From the NCBI GenBank assembly GCA_963737065.1, contig CAVTRC010000001.1, positions 512,001-576,000 of the forward strand: DNA of 64,000 nucleotides, written 5' to 3'. This DNA is from Candidatus Eremiobacteria bacterium. GTDB lineage: Bacteria > Vulcanimicrobiota > Vulcanimicrobiia > Vulcanimicrobiales > Vulcanimicrobiaceae. The notes below the pieces were generated by a model. That model was not told where the DNA came from and ran no database searches. It was given only the letters and a program-made list of their open reading frames with translations. This document shows positions 1 through 9,218 of the stretch, piece after piece. A program made the position numbers and the translations under genes. Position 1 is the first letter of the stretch. Each line of letters begins with the position of its first letter.

Positions 1-846
1 CACGACGTTCGGGCCGACGTTTGCGGTCGGGTCGACCGCGACGCCGGCGTCGGCGTGCACCGGCAGCGTGAGGTTTTTCACCGGGTCGAGCGCCCTAGCT
101 CCCTTGCCGGTCGCACCCGGCTCGATCTCGAGCATCGGCATACGTCCGGCAAGAATGTCGACGTGCGCGGCGAGATACTGCTCGGGACGTCCGAGGTCGA
201 TCCAGTAGTCATCGGTGGTGTAGGCGTAGAGGCCTTTGCCGCGCGCAATGATTTCGGGAAACGTCTCGCGCTCGATCGAGACGTTCCGTCCGGCGGGAAT
301 CATGTCGAGGATCTCCCGCTCGAACAAATACGTGCCGGCATTGATTTCATTCGTCGGCGCGGTTCCGGGCGGCGGCTTCTCGACGAATGCGCTGATACGG
401 CCCTGATCGTCGTGAACGACGCACCCGAACGATGAAGGATCGTCGACCCGAATGAGATGCAGCAAGCCGATGCCGCCTTCACGCTCGTGATCTTCGACCA
501 TCGCGCGCAAATCCAGGCTCGTGAGAATGTCGCCGTTGAGCACGAAGAACGGACCGGTAATGTGCTGCTCGACGTTCTTCAGCGCGCCCGCGGTACCGAG
601 CGGCGTTTCCTCGATCACGTAGGTAATGTTCATCCCGAGTTGCGAGCCGTCGCCGAAGTACCGCGTGATCGCTTCGGGCATATAGCCGGCCGGCAAAATG
701 ACGTCCCGGATGCCCGCCTCATAGAGCCGCTCCATCGTCCGCGCGAGAAACGGAACGCCCAGGATCGGAACCATCGGCTTGGGCGTGCCGTACGTGAGGG
801 GACGCAGCCGGGTGCCTTCACCACCGACCAGGACTATCGCTTGCAA
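1..846 (-). CDS. NDP-sugar synthase / mannose-1-phosphate guanylyltransferase family (3' end outside window)
   Basis: Not in the ORF track. Manual translation from TTG at 846 gives (M)QAIVLVGGEGTRLRPLTYGTPKPMVPILGVP, the nucleotidyltransferase signature. GGAG RBS upstream. Confidence 0.9.
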   Translation of the reverse strand, partial: MQAIVLVGGEGTRLRPLTYGTPKPMVPILGVPFLARTMERLYEAGIRDVILPAGYMPEAITRYFGDGSQLGMNITYVIEETPLGTAGALKNVEQHITGPFFVLNGDILTSLDLRAMVEDHEREGGIGLLHLIRVDDPSSFGCVVHDDQGRISAFVEKPPPGTAPTNEINAGTYLFEREILDMIPAGRNVSIERETFPEIIARGKGLYAYTTDDYWIDLGRPEQYLAAHVDILAGRMPMLEIEPGATGKGARALDPVKNLTLPVHADAGVAVDPTANVGPNVV

Positions 847-956
847 CGAGGGCTCCTTTCAGGGGAAGCCGCTTCTTAGTCGATAGACCGCGCCGACCCT
901 ATGCGTGCTAGTCGCGCGTGCGGCAATAATGCAGTAACATTCCGTTTACAGGCGTG

Positions 957-970
957 CGAACGTATGTTCG
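957..970. promoter_or_regulatory. LexA (SOS/Cheo) box
   Basis: CGAACGTATGTTCG is a perfect GAAC-N4-GTTC palindrome matching the Gram-positive consensus CGAACRNRYGTTCG. It lies 1 nt before a -10-like TATACT (972-977). Confidence 0.8.
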
Positions 971-983
971 ATATACTAACGGT

Positions 984-1574
984 ATGCCGCGGCGCATCTA
1001 CGATTGGAAAGCCATTCAGGAATACCACGATGAGGGCAACGATTTCGTCGAGTGCCAGAAAAAATTTCAATTCTCGCATACGGCGTGGATCAAGGCCGTC
1101 AAACGCGGGCGACTGATCGTTGAGAAACGACAGTTCGCAGATCGCCGGCGCCGCTATAATTGGTCGGAAGTCCAGACATATTACGACGAGGGCCACACGT
1201 TTAGAGAATGTCGCTTACGGTTTGGCTTCTGCGCGGCTGCGTGGGCGAAGGCCGTTCAACGCGGCGAGCTTACCGCTCGATCGCGTCTTTGGCCATGGCG
1301 AAAAGTCGTGACCCAAAGCAAATCGCGGTTGTCTGTAAAGCGCGCGCTATTGCGCGAGGGCATCCTTTCCAACAAATGCGACGAGTGTGGCCTCGATGAA
1401 TGGCGGGGAAAGCCACTCTCCATTCACGTTGATCACATCAACGGAATCCACGACGACCACCGGTTAGAGAATTTGCGAATGCTGTGTCCGAACTGCCACA
1501 GTCAGACCGAAACGTATGGCGCTAAGAACCGTCGACGTCTCCGGCTCTTGCAAGACCCGGCGCGAGGCTTGTAG
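984..1574 (+). CDS. HNH endonuclease with two tandem N-terminal repeats
   Basis: C-terminal CDECG...HVDHING...NLRMLCPNCHSQT (Zn-finger HNH). Start placed at ATG 984 (MPRRIYDW), 6 nt after TATACT and with no RBS. Confidence 0.9.
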   Translation: MPRRIYDWKAIQEYHDEGNDFVECQKKFQFSHTAWIKAVKRGRLIVEKRQFADRRRRYNWSEVQTYYDEGHTFRECRLRFGFCAAAWAKAVQRGELTARSRLWPWRKVVTQSKSRLSVKRALLREGILSNKCDECGLDEWRGKPLSIHVDHINGIHDDHRLENLRMLCPNCHSQTETYGAKNRRRLRLLQDPARGL

Positions 1575-1577
1575 TAT
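1548..1577 (+). promoter_or_regulatory. Candidate sigma70 promoter for the tRNA pair, inside the HNH 3' end
   Basis: TTGCAA (1548-1553), 18-nt spacer, TAGTAT (1572-1577), 15 nt before tRNA-Gln. Confidence 0.45.
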
Positions 1578-1592
1578 TACCGTCGCTGCCAT

Positions 1593-1667
1593 TCCCGGAT
1601 GGTGAAATGGGTATCACGCGACACTCTGGATGTCGTTTTCCTCGTTCGAGTCGAGGTCCGGGAGCCA
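1593..1667 (+). tRNA. tRNA-Gln(CTG)
   Basis: Acceptor TCCCGGA/TCCGGGA, anticodon arm CGACA-CT-CTG-GA-TGTCG, GTTCGAGT T-loop, encoded CCA. Confidence 0.95.
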
Positions 1668-1668
1668 T

Positions 1669-1744
1669 GGCCCTATCGTCTAGAGGCCTAGGACGCCGCC
1701 CTCTCACGGCGGTAACACCGGTTCGAATCCGGTTGGGGCTACCA
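1669..1744 (+). tRNA. tRNA-Glu(CTC)
   Basis: GGCCCTA acceptor, anticodon arm CCGCC-CT-CTC-AC-GGCGG, GGTTCGAATCC, encoded CCA. Confidence 0.95.
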
Positions 1745-1971
1745 TTTTCGGAAACGTTCGAGAAAGCATCGTCGGCCGTGCGCCGGGACGGAGAGGACGC
1801 CGTGGCGTGCGTTTCGTTCAAGAGTGGCGCCCGGAATACGGCGACACGCGTGCTTTTTTTTCAGCTGGTAAACGATCACGCGAAATTCGCAAAATACGAA
1901 ATCAAGTATTGTCGATTACGCCGATGGTACGACTTCGAACGAACATTCACCATAAAAGAAAGGCTACAGCC

Positions 1972-2337
1972 ATGACTGCGCGCGTCCTTCCAATCCTTAT
2001 GCTGCTTGCGACGGTTGCACTCACTGCATGCGGCGGTGGAAGCAGCAACAACACACCAGAAGCGCCAAATGCGAGTTCGAGCACGATCACTGTCACCGTT
2101 GGCGGCGCTCCGACCGCGGGCATCAGCGTGACCCTTTCGACCAGCTTGAACGGCTCGATGCCGTCGGGAACGACGATAGCGACCGGCACGACCAACGGCT
2201 CAGGCCAAGTGACCTTCAATAATCTGCCGGCGTCCGGCGCCATCTGCGATAGCGCGGAGCGCAGCAACAACAACCAAGCGCAGTTCGTCGGCGCATGTCA
2301 TCAGCCGTTTCCTTCAAGCACTACTCTCGATTTCTAG
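1972..2337 (+). CDS. Small lipoprotein, Ig-like/prealbumin-like fold
   Basis: MTARVLPILMLLATVALTAC lipobox. TGTTNGSGQVTFNNLP motif. AAGG RBS. Confidence 0.75.
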   Translation: MTARVLPILMLLATVALTACGGGSSNNTPEAPNASSSTITVTVGGAPTAGISVTLSTSLNGSMPSGTTIATGTTNGSGQVTFNNLPASGAICDSAERSNNNQAQFVGACHQPFPSSTTLDF

Positions 2338-2513
2338 CACTCCCATTGTGGCGTACGGCATCATTGCCGTACCGCCGCGCTGGTATCGCGGCCGCCTCAA
2401 GCGCTGCGACTTCGCGCGCAATTCGCCCAGGCGTCTACGGGCAGGTTGATGCTCGAAGCGGTTCGTGCGTCGGTTCGCAGTGAAGTCTAAGCATTGGCCG
2501 TTACGCTGCCGTC

Positions 2514-2831
2514 ATGATGTCCAACGGTACGATTATTACTGCGGAACCGACGGTGAAAATGTCCGGCGATATCGATATTGCGTGCGGGCCGGAACTGTCG
2601 CGTTTAGAGAAACGCCTCGTGAAATCCGATTCCGTCGTTGTGGACGTTTCGAACGTGCAATATGTCGACACGACGCTTTTGCGCTTTCTTCTCCGATTGC
2701 GGCACCATGCGAATAAAAAAGAACATAGCGCCATCAAAGTCATCGGTGTCGGAGCGCGCTTGCGGCGTATCTTCGAAATCACCGGAATGATGCGTCTGTT
2801 CGACGTCGAGTGCGCTACGTCGATGCTTTGA
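2514..2831 (+). CDS. STAS-domain anti-sigma factor antagonist
   Basis: SGDIDIA...VVVDVSNVQYVDTTLL...LRRIFEITGM. Confidence 0.85.
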   Translation: MMSNGTIITAEPTVKMSGDIDIACGPELSRLEKRLVKSDSVVVDVSNVQYVDTTLLRFLLRLRHHANKKEHSAIKVIGVGARLRRIFEITGMMRLFDVECATSML

Positions 2832-3093
2832 AACGCGCGGCGGTCAGTCCATTCCGGCGCTCGCCGCACGCGTCGGCGTGACTTTCGCACGAGTTCGGCA
2901 CACAAGGGCAATGCTGCACGAACCGGTTCGCTGAGTTCAATGATCACCCACATCCCCGCACGCATCGGCGCGAGGTATCCCCGATTCTAGGGCGGCGCGA
3001 AGCATTTTTGGAATACTCGCCGTCGCGCACAGGGAGCGACCGATTTCCCGATCTTCGCAGGGAACGCAGTTCGCGGGTTCACACTGGAAGCGA

Positions 3094-3918
3094 ATGTCGC
3101 CGCCCAATTCTCATCCGCGTTCCTATCACTACGGTGAACTGACCTGGCCGCAAGTGAAAGAAGCGGCCGCGCAACCCGTCGTCGCCGTCGTGCCGATTGC
3201 GACGATCGAGGATCACGGTCCACATCTTCCGGTCGATACCGATTTACGACTATGCACGGCGGTAGCTGAAGCGGCCGTATCGCATGCGCGCGATCGCGCG
3301 TTGCTCGTACCGCCGATCAATCACGGCTATAGTCCGCACCATATGGATTTTCCGGGCGCCATTACGATCGGCGCCCATACATTGATCGATTACGGTGTCG
3401 ACGTCTGCCGTAGTTTGGCGCATCACGGATTCCGCAAGATCCTCATCGTGAACGGTCACGGTAGTAACACGCCGTTCATCGATATCATCGCGCGCTTGAC
3501 GGTCGTCGAAAGCGATGTCCTCGCTGCGGCCATCAATTACTGGGCCGCGCCGGGCGTGCGGGAAGTGGCGGAATCGTTACGCGAGTCGGAACCGATCGGC
3601 GGGATGAACCACGCGTGTGAATTTGAAACGTCGCTGTATCTCGCGATTCGTCCCGATCTGGTCGACATGTCGAAAGCCGTTCACGAACTTTCGCACCGGC
3701 CGACGAAGAACTATTGGACGGATCTGATCGGTGGTGACGGACCGCTCGTGATGATGGAGCAATGGAGCACGCTTTCGAACTCGGGCGTGATGGGCGATCC
3801 GACGAAAGCAACCGCTGAAAAGGGCAGAAAATTGCTCGATGCCGCGTCGAACGGAATCGTTGAGGTCATCGATGAGATGCTGGCTCGCACGCCCGTGCAA
3901 CGAGTCGATCGCCACTGA
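3094..3918 (+). CDS. Creatininase/creatinine amidohydrolase family protein
   Basis: EDHGPHLPVDTD, NGHGSN, HACEFETS and GVMGDP motifs. Confidence 0.9.
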   Translation: MSPPNSHPRSYHYGELTWPQVKEAAAQPVVAVVPIATIEDHGPHLPVDTDLRLCTAVAEAAVSHARDRALLVPPINHGYSPHHMDFPGAITIGAHTLIDYGVDVCRSLAHHGFRKILIVNGHGSNTPFIDIIARLTVVESDVLAAAINYWAAPGVREVAESLRESEPIGGMNHACEFETSLYLAIRPDLVDMSKAVHELSHRPTKNYWTDLIGGDGPLVMMEQWSTLSNSGVMGDPTKATAEKGRKLLDAASNGIVEVIDEMLARTPVQRVDRH

Positions 3919-3975
3919 GCGCCGCTCTGCGGCCCAGCCGCAGGAGCACCCCGCAGCGGTCGCCGATACCAGGGA

Positions 3976-4992
3976 ATGAACACGCTCGCAGCCTTCGCAA
4001 CTGTCCTGCTGTTGTTGCCGCTTTCGACGCAGGCGCCCATCGCAAACTATCACGTAACGGCGACGTATCTACTGGGTGGTGAGGGCGGCTGGGACTACCT
4101 TACGTACGACACCTCAGCGCGGCGGCTGTTTATCTCGCGCGCAACGCACGTGATGGTTGTCGACCCGGAAACGGGCAAAATGATCGGTGACGTCGCGAAG
4201 ACGCCCGGCGTGCACGGAATCGCACTCGCGCCCGAACTCAATAAGGGGTTCACGTCGAACGGAGCCGACGGAACGGTTACGGTCTTCGAACTATCCACGC
4301 TGAAGGCGCTCGATACGATTGCGACCGGCGCGAAAAATCCCGACGGCATCGCGTACGATTCCGTCACGCAACGAGTCTTCACGTTCAACGGCGGCAGCAA
4401 CGATGCCACGGCCATCGACGCGAGGACGAACCGCGTCGTTGCGACGATTCCGCTCGGCGGCCGCCCCGAATTTCCGGCGGTCGACGGACGAGGCACAATT
4501 TACGACAACGTCGAGAGCACGAACGAAATTGTCGCGATCGACGCGCGAACCGCGCGAATCATCAAACGGTATCCGCTCGGAAGTTGTAAGAGCCCGTCGG
4601 GACTCTCAATGGATCAAGCGCATCGGCGGCTCTTCACCGCCTGCGACGGTGAGATGGGAATCGTCGACGCCGACAGCGGCGATGTCATCGCCACGGTGCC
4701 GACGGGCGCCGGAACCGACGCGACGCGATTCGATGCCAACACGGGATTCGCATTTGCATCGAACGGACGCGCCGCCACGCTGACCGTCGTTCACGAGGAC
4801 AATCCCGACCACTACACGGTCGTACAAAACGCACAAACCGTCGCCGGCGCGCGCACGATGGCACTCGACCCGGCTAGCGGCAACGTGTTTCTCGTTACCG
4901 CGAAACTCATCGAAAATCCGAACGCAACGTCGTATCGCGACCGGTACCGGGTCGTCCCCGGCACGTTCGAGCTGCTCGTCGTGTCGCCCTGA
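3976..4992 (+). CDS. Secreted YncE/YVTN beta-propeller protein
   Basis: Signal peptide. GGEGGWDYL, PGVHGIALAP and GARTMALD repeats. Confidence 0.85.
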   Translation: MNTLAAFATVLLLLPLSTQAPIANYHVTATYLLGGEGGWDYLTYDTSARRLFISRATHVMVVDPETGKMIGDVAKTPGVHGIALAPELNKGFTSNGADGTVTVFELSTLKALDTIATGAKNPDGIAYDSVTQRVFTFNGGSNDATAIDARTNRVVATIPLGGRPEFPAVDGRGTIYDNVESTNEIVAIDARTARIIKRYPLGSCKSPSGLSMDQAHRRLFTACDGEMGIVDADSGDVIATVPTGAGTDATRFDANTGFAFASNGRAATLTVVHEDNPDHYTVVQNAQTVAGARTMALDPASGNVFLVTAKLIENPNATSYRDRYRVVPGTFELLVVSP

Positions 4993-5053
4993 ACGACTGC
5001 TTGCGAAGCGAGCTGAACGCCGCGCAGTGACGTTTCACCGCATGTCATGTAAG

Positions 5054-5081
5054 GAAGCCGCCGGAGTACTCCGGCGGCTTC
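5054..5081. terminator. Bidirectional terminator-like palindrome
   Basis: GAAGCCGCCGGAG-TA-CTCCGGCGGCTTC between convergent genes. Confidence 0.7.
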
Positions 5082-5103
5082 GTGTTGCTTGCGTCGGAGA
5101 TCG

Positions 5104-8100
5104 TTAGATCTTGACCGTAAGCTGGAAGAACGCGGTGAACGGATTCGGGATGGTGCCTGCCGCGTTTCCGAAGGCCTGGCTCGGGATATACGATTGTGTT
5201 TGCCACGGCCGCGGAGCGACGCCGTTGGCCGCCACATCGTTTGGACTCGTACCGTTGTAGAAGTTTGAGACGTATTCGCCGACGCCCGGTGGACCATTTG
5301 TATAGTAGTCGCAAACGTTCGGTCCCGGCGCGTAGGCTGTCGTCCACGGTGCCGACGTTCCGCCGAAGCACGTGTGGAACAGGTTCGCGAGCGTTACGTT
5401 AACGGAAATCCGCGGCGAAACATCATACGACAAGCCGAGATTGCCGACCATGATCCACGGTTCGCGGAACTGGCCGGGTAGCGCAAACGAGCCCGTTTGC
5501 GGATTCGGGATGTACAACTGACCCGCGGCGTTCGACAAGGTGCCGACGGCCGTCAGTGCATCGCACTTGAACGGATCGGTACCCGGCGAAAGGGCCGTGA
5601 TTGGAGCGATCGGAACCGTCGCTCCACCGACGACGCGCGTCGCTGAACTGGAATTGGCGCCGCACGTGCGCGGGTCGATCCCGATGATGTCGAGTGGGCC
5701 GCCATAACCCGGCCCCTGAGCGAGCGACATCGAGAAGGTCGCGGCGAACTTTTGTTTGCGCCAATTCAGGAGCCACGAGAGGTTCCACGGGACATCGAAG
5801 TACGTCGTTCCTGGATTGCTGGTAGGCGACAATCCGAGATTGCCGGCCGGATACCACCCGCTCGTATTGAGCAACCCTTGAGTGGGGCTGTTGTAATAGG
5901 GGTTGGTGATCGGTGTACCCGGCGTCGGGAGCGTGGCGCATGTTGCGGGCGTTGCAGTTCCCGGCGAGACCGTTCCGGCTGCATCAGTGCCGCCCGAGCA
6001 GTAGAATGGCGAACCGCCGCCGCCCTTCGTCAGGACGTTGTATTGCGAGATCGCTTGATTTACGGCGTTCAACTGATTTTGCCCGAACCACGGCACGTAT
6101 TGAACGCGCGCGAAGGTGTAGGTAATGGCGACTTGCGTTGAGAGACCGTCTTTTGCAAAATCGCCCTTGGTGAATGCAAACTCCGCGCCTTCCGAACGGA
6201 AGTTGCCAACCGGCGCTTGCGTTACGAAGTTCGGTCCGAGGTAATTCTGCTCTTGATAGCCATAGGTCCAGTTGTAGAACGGCGTCAGCTTTAGGTTCAT
6301 ATCCGTTCCGCGGAAGTGGTGCTCGAATGAGAGATCGGCTTGCGTTGCACTCATCGCGGGGATCGGATGGAACGGCGAGTAGAAGCCCAGTGGCAACGTA
6401 GCATTCCACGTGTTCAACGAGTTGCCTGAGACGTTAAGATACTGCACCGACGCCGAGATCGGCGGCTGCGTAAAGCGCCCGATCGATGCGCGCCACACGG
6501 TGTCCGGAGACTGCGTGTACGTCATTGAGAGACGCGGAGAGAGATCTGAGATCGTGTATTGCGCGGGCGAGATTGCCGAGAACGGCGGATGCGCATATCC
6601 TGCCGGGATCCCTGCCGGATAGTTGTCCGCGGCCGGAAGGGGCGTTCCTGCAGCGCACGTAGGCGTAAAAATCACCTTTGCGGGCGGAGGCTGCCCCGGC
6701 AACAACGCACGCGTCAGCACGGTGCCCGACGCATTCGTGCAAACGTCGTTCTGTACGATTTGCGCGTAGAAGTCGGTCGCTATGCCCGGATTGGACACGA
6801 GATCGTACTCGTAGTTTTCGTAGCGAAGCTGCCCATTGAAGAGCCAGCGATCGTTGGGGCGCCATTGATCGCTCAGCGACACGAACGTAAACTTCGGCTT
6901 GACGGTATTGTACGTACCGCTCGCGTTCCCGTTCCACAGCGTCACGTACTGTGCACCGGCCAATGCTGCCGCACTTCCAGCGGGCACCCCCGGAACACCG
7001 CTCGACTGGATCGTCGCCGCATCCGTTATCGATGCTGAGGAACACGGCAGCGCCGTGCCCGTCGCGGCGTAACACGTGAAGAGTCCGCCGCTTTGTGAGA
7101 CGAGACCAACCGGAGAGGCGCCCGCGATGTATCCGGTGTTGTTGAAGCGGACGACGTTCGCGGTCGTATAATTTGCAGTGAGTTGCAACAGATGTTTGCT
7201 CGTCAGTTGATCGACGAGTTCGAGTTGTCCGCCGCCGGTATGCGTGATCAGGTCGTAATTTGCGGCGATTGCGCCGGCGCCGGGACACGGACCGGTGCAG
7301 CCGATGAAGTACGTCTGCAACGCGTTTTGCGCGCCGGATTGCGTCCAGTCCGAGAAGAACGTGTACCCGAACACACGCGCAAATGCATTGCTGGAGAATT
7401 GGTGGGTGTACTGCAATTTCACGATGCTTGTGTCGTTGAAAATGCCGTCGCGATTATCCGCAGGTATTTCGGCATTGAACGCACGGTTCGGATTGCTGTC
7501 CGGCTGATAGTAGCTCTGAGCCTTCAGACCCGCGACCGGTGTTCCGAACGGCGCGTTGAAGACGATGGCGTCCGTGTACGCTGGGTACGTGGGCGCCGAA
7601 AAGCTATTCGGCACCGGTGTACACGCTGCGCCACTGGCGAGAAGACCCGTTGCCGGATTGCAATACGGTTGCCCGAACATTGCAAGCGTTGCCAGTCCGT
7701 ACCCGCCGATGTCGTTGAACGAGCTATAGTACTGAGAGTTCAGCATCGACGTGCTGCCGAGCAGCTGAATATCGTCCGACGTGCCGTTCTTTTGCGGGAT
7801 GCGGAAGTGGAAGTTCGCGACGTTCTCGCGGTCGGCGATCTGCGCGAGGTTGATTGCGGACGGCACGACGATTCCCGGATAAGGGATGTAGCAATTCGGT
7901 GCGCCGCCCAGGTCGGCTTGATAGTATGTAAGCGGAGTCGCCGGTACGCCGCCGCCCCACAGCGGGTTTGGATCGAGCGTTGTTCCCGGCGTGCATTCTG
8001 CGCTGAGCGACGGTATTCCGAGGCCGTATGTCGCTCTCGCGGCGTTGCTCTGACCCGTATAAACGTTGTTCGGATCGGTTGTCCACGGTGCGCCGTTGTC

Positions 8101-9006
8101 ATTGTTGAGCGGACGGAAACCTTGGTTGTATCCGCTCAAGCCGACATAGTAGCTGAAACGCCGATCGGGCGTAGCGCCGCCCGCTTCAACTTTCGCTTGG
8201 TGATAATACGTAGGCGTCCCTATGCCGCCTGACAAAGCTAAATACCCGGGATACGTTCCGGTCTTGAAAACCTGATTGATGAACCCGGACGTACCGGAGG
8301 AAGCTGACGAGGACGGACCGCCGCCGGTGTAGACTTGCAGCTCTTGCAACCCGAGGTTGGACTCCGTCGAAGAGTTGTAATTGTCGAACGCACGGTTTAC
8401 CGGAATACCGTCATACTCGAAGCCGGTAAAGAACGACTGCGACCCGCGCACGTATGTCGACTGGTTCCAGCCCGCGCCACCCGCAGGGACGACTGCGCCG
8501 GGAACCGATGAAATCGCGGAATACGCACTGTTCAAGTTGCCGCCGCCGCCGAGCGCGCCGGCGGTCGTGATTGCTTGCGAGTTGACGCTGTAGATATCCG
8601 ACCCGACGCCGGACTTCACGAGATTGCCGGCGGACGTCGCCGACACTTTGGCAATAGTTTTCAGCGCTTTCGTCATTCGAAACGAGAGCGTGAGCTGGTT
8701 ATCTGCAAAAACGGTCACGCCGGCGTATGAAACCGGGTTATATCCGTCTTTGTCGATCGACACCGTATATGTGTCCGGCGCTAAGGAGAGGAAGGTGAAT
8801 CTTCCTCCGGCGTCCGTGGTTCCGGACGCGCTTTGCGAAGCCGAGACGATTCTTATTGACGCCCCGGCGACTGGTGCTCCGGCTTCATCCGTTACCGAAC
8901 CGGTGATACCACCCGTCGTACCGGCCAGTGCCCATGTTCCCTGACCGATGAACGCGATGGTCAACATCAGCGCGAGTAAAGGATTCCGGAACGCGTATCG
9001 CTTCAT
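5104..9006 (-). CDS. TonB-dependent receptor with N-terminal carboxypeptidase-regulatory-like domain
   Basis: Signal peptide MKRYAFRNPLL...ALA, GGITGSVTD...F.FLSLAPDTY domain, plug region YVRG...YDGIPVN, alternating beta-strands, C-terminal AFFQLTVKI. Confidence 0.85.
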   Translation of the reverse strand: MKRYAFRNPLLALMLTIAFIGQGTWALAGTTGGITGSVTDEAGAPVAGASIRIVSASQSASGTTDAGGRFTFLSLAPDTYTVSIDKDGYNPVSYAGVTVFADNQLTLSFRMTKALKTIAKVSATSAGNLVKSGVGSDIYSVNSQAITTAGALGGGGNLNSAYSAISSVPGAVVPAGGAGWNQSTYVRGSQSFFTGFEYDGIPVNRAFDNYNSSTESNLGLQELQVYTGGGPSSSASSGTSGFINQVFKTGTYPGYLALSGGIGTPTYYHQAKVEAGGATPDRRFSYYVGLSGYNQGFRPLNNDNGAPWTTDPNNVYTGQSNAARATYGLGIPSLSAECTPGTTLDPNPLWGGGVPATPLTYYQADLGGAPNCYIPYPGIVVPSAINLAQIADRENVANFHFRIPQKNGTSDDIQLLGSTSMLNSQYYSSFNDIGGYGLATLAMFGQPYCNPATGLLASGAACTPVPNSFSAPTYPAYTDAIVFNAPFGTPVAGLKAQSYYQPDSNPNRAFNAEIPADNRDGIFNDTSIVKLQYTHQFSSNAFARVFGYTFFSDWTQSGAQNALQTYFIGCTGPCPGAGAIAANYDLITHTGGGQLELVDQLTSKHLLQLTANYTTANVVRFNNTGYIAGASPVGLVSQSGGLFTCYAATGTALPCSSASITDAATIQSSGVPGVPAGSAAALAGAQYVTLWNGNASGTYNTVKPKFTFVSLSDQWRPNDRWLFNGQLRYENYEYDLVSNPGIATDFYAQIVQNDVCTNASGTVLTRALLPGQPPPAKVIFTPTCAAGTPLPAADNYPAGIPAGYAHPPFSAISPAQYTISDLSPRLSMTYTQSPDTVWRASIGRFTQPPISASVQYLNVSGNSLNTWNATLPLGFYSPFHPIPAMSATQADLSFEHHFRGTDMNLKLTPFYNWTYGYQEQNYLGPNFVTQAPVGNFRSEGAEFAFTKGDFAKDGLSTQVAITYTFARVQYVPWFGQNQLNAVNQAISQYNVLTKGGGGSPFYCSGGTDAAGTVSPGTATPATCATLPTPGTPITNPYYNSPTQGLLNTSGWYPAGNLGLSPTSNPGTTYFDVPWNLSWLLNWRKQKFAATFSMSLAQGPGYGGPLDIIGIDPRTCGANSSSATRVVGGATVPIAPITALSPGTDPFKCDALTAVGTLSNAAGQLYIPNPQTGSFALPGQFREPWIMVGNLGLSYDVSPRISVNVTLANLFHTCFGGTSAPWTTAYAPGPNVCDYYTNGPPGVGEYVSNFYNGTSPNDVAANGVAPRPWQTQSYIPSQAFGNAAGTIPNPFTAFFQLTVKI

Positions 9007-9218
9007 GCGTTGGGATCCTCTCAAGTGAAGAGTGAGTGATCGTCGACACCCGCCGACTAGACGCAACTCGACACATGGAACAGAAGCAACCTTTCCTCTC
9101 TTATGAAAACGTCGGATAGTTGGCACCGTTGATTTTTTTTAAAACACGTGGAGCGTATGCTAAGGGCTGTGATCGCGTTTTGACGGCTTTTTTGAGACAC
9201 CAATGACGTTGAAAGCGG

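Noticed and set aside
55..879. Plus-strand ORFs 55-435 and 457-879
   Set aside because: Antisense shadows of the minus-strand NDP-sugar synthase that the track missed.
1669..1744. tRNA-Glu as the attachment site of an island
   Set aside because: No duplicated tRNA 3' end and no integrase were found in the window.
1936..1949. Second LexA-like site CGAACGAACATTCA before the lipoprotein gene
   Set aside because: The right half-site is mismatched (ATTC). Too weak to call without a genome-derived matrix.
3094..3918. Creatininase as mycofactocin MftE or part of a RiPP cluster
   Set aside because: No precursor peptide, RRE or radical SAM gene nearby.
9121..9136. Sigma-54 promoter at TGGCAC
   Set aside because: The -12 TTGC element is absent at the required spacing.
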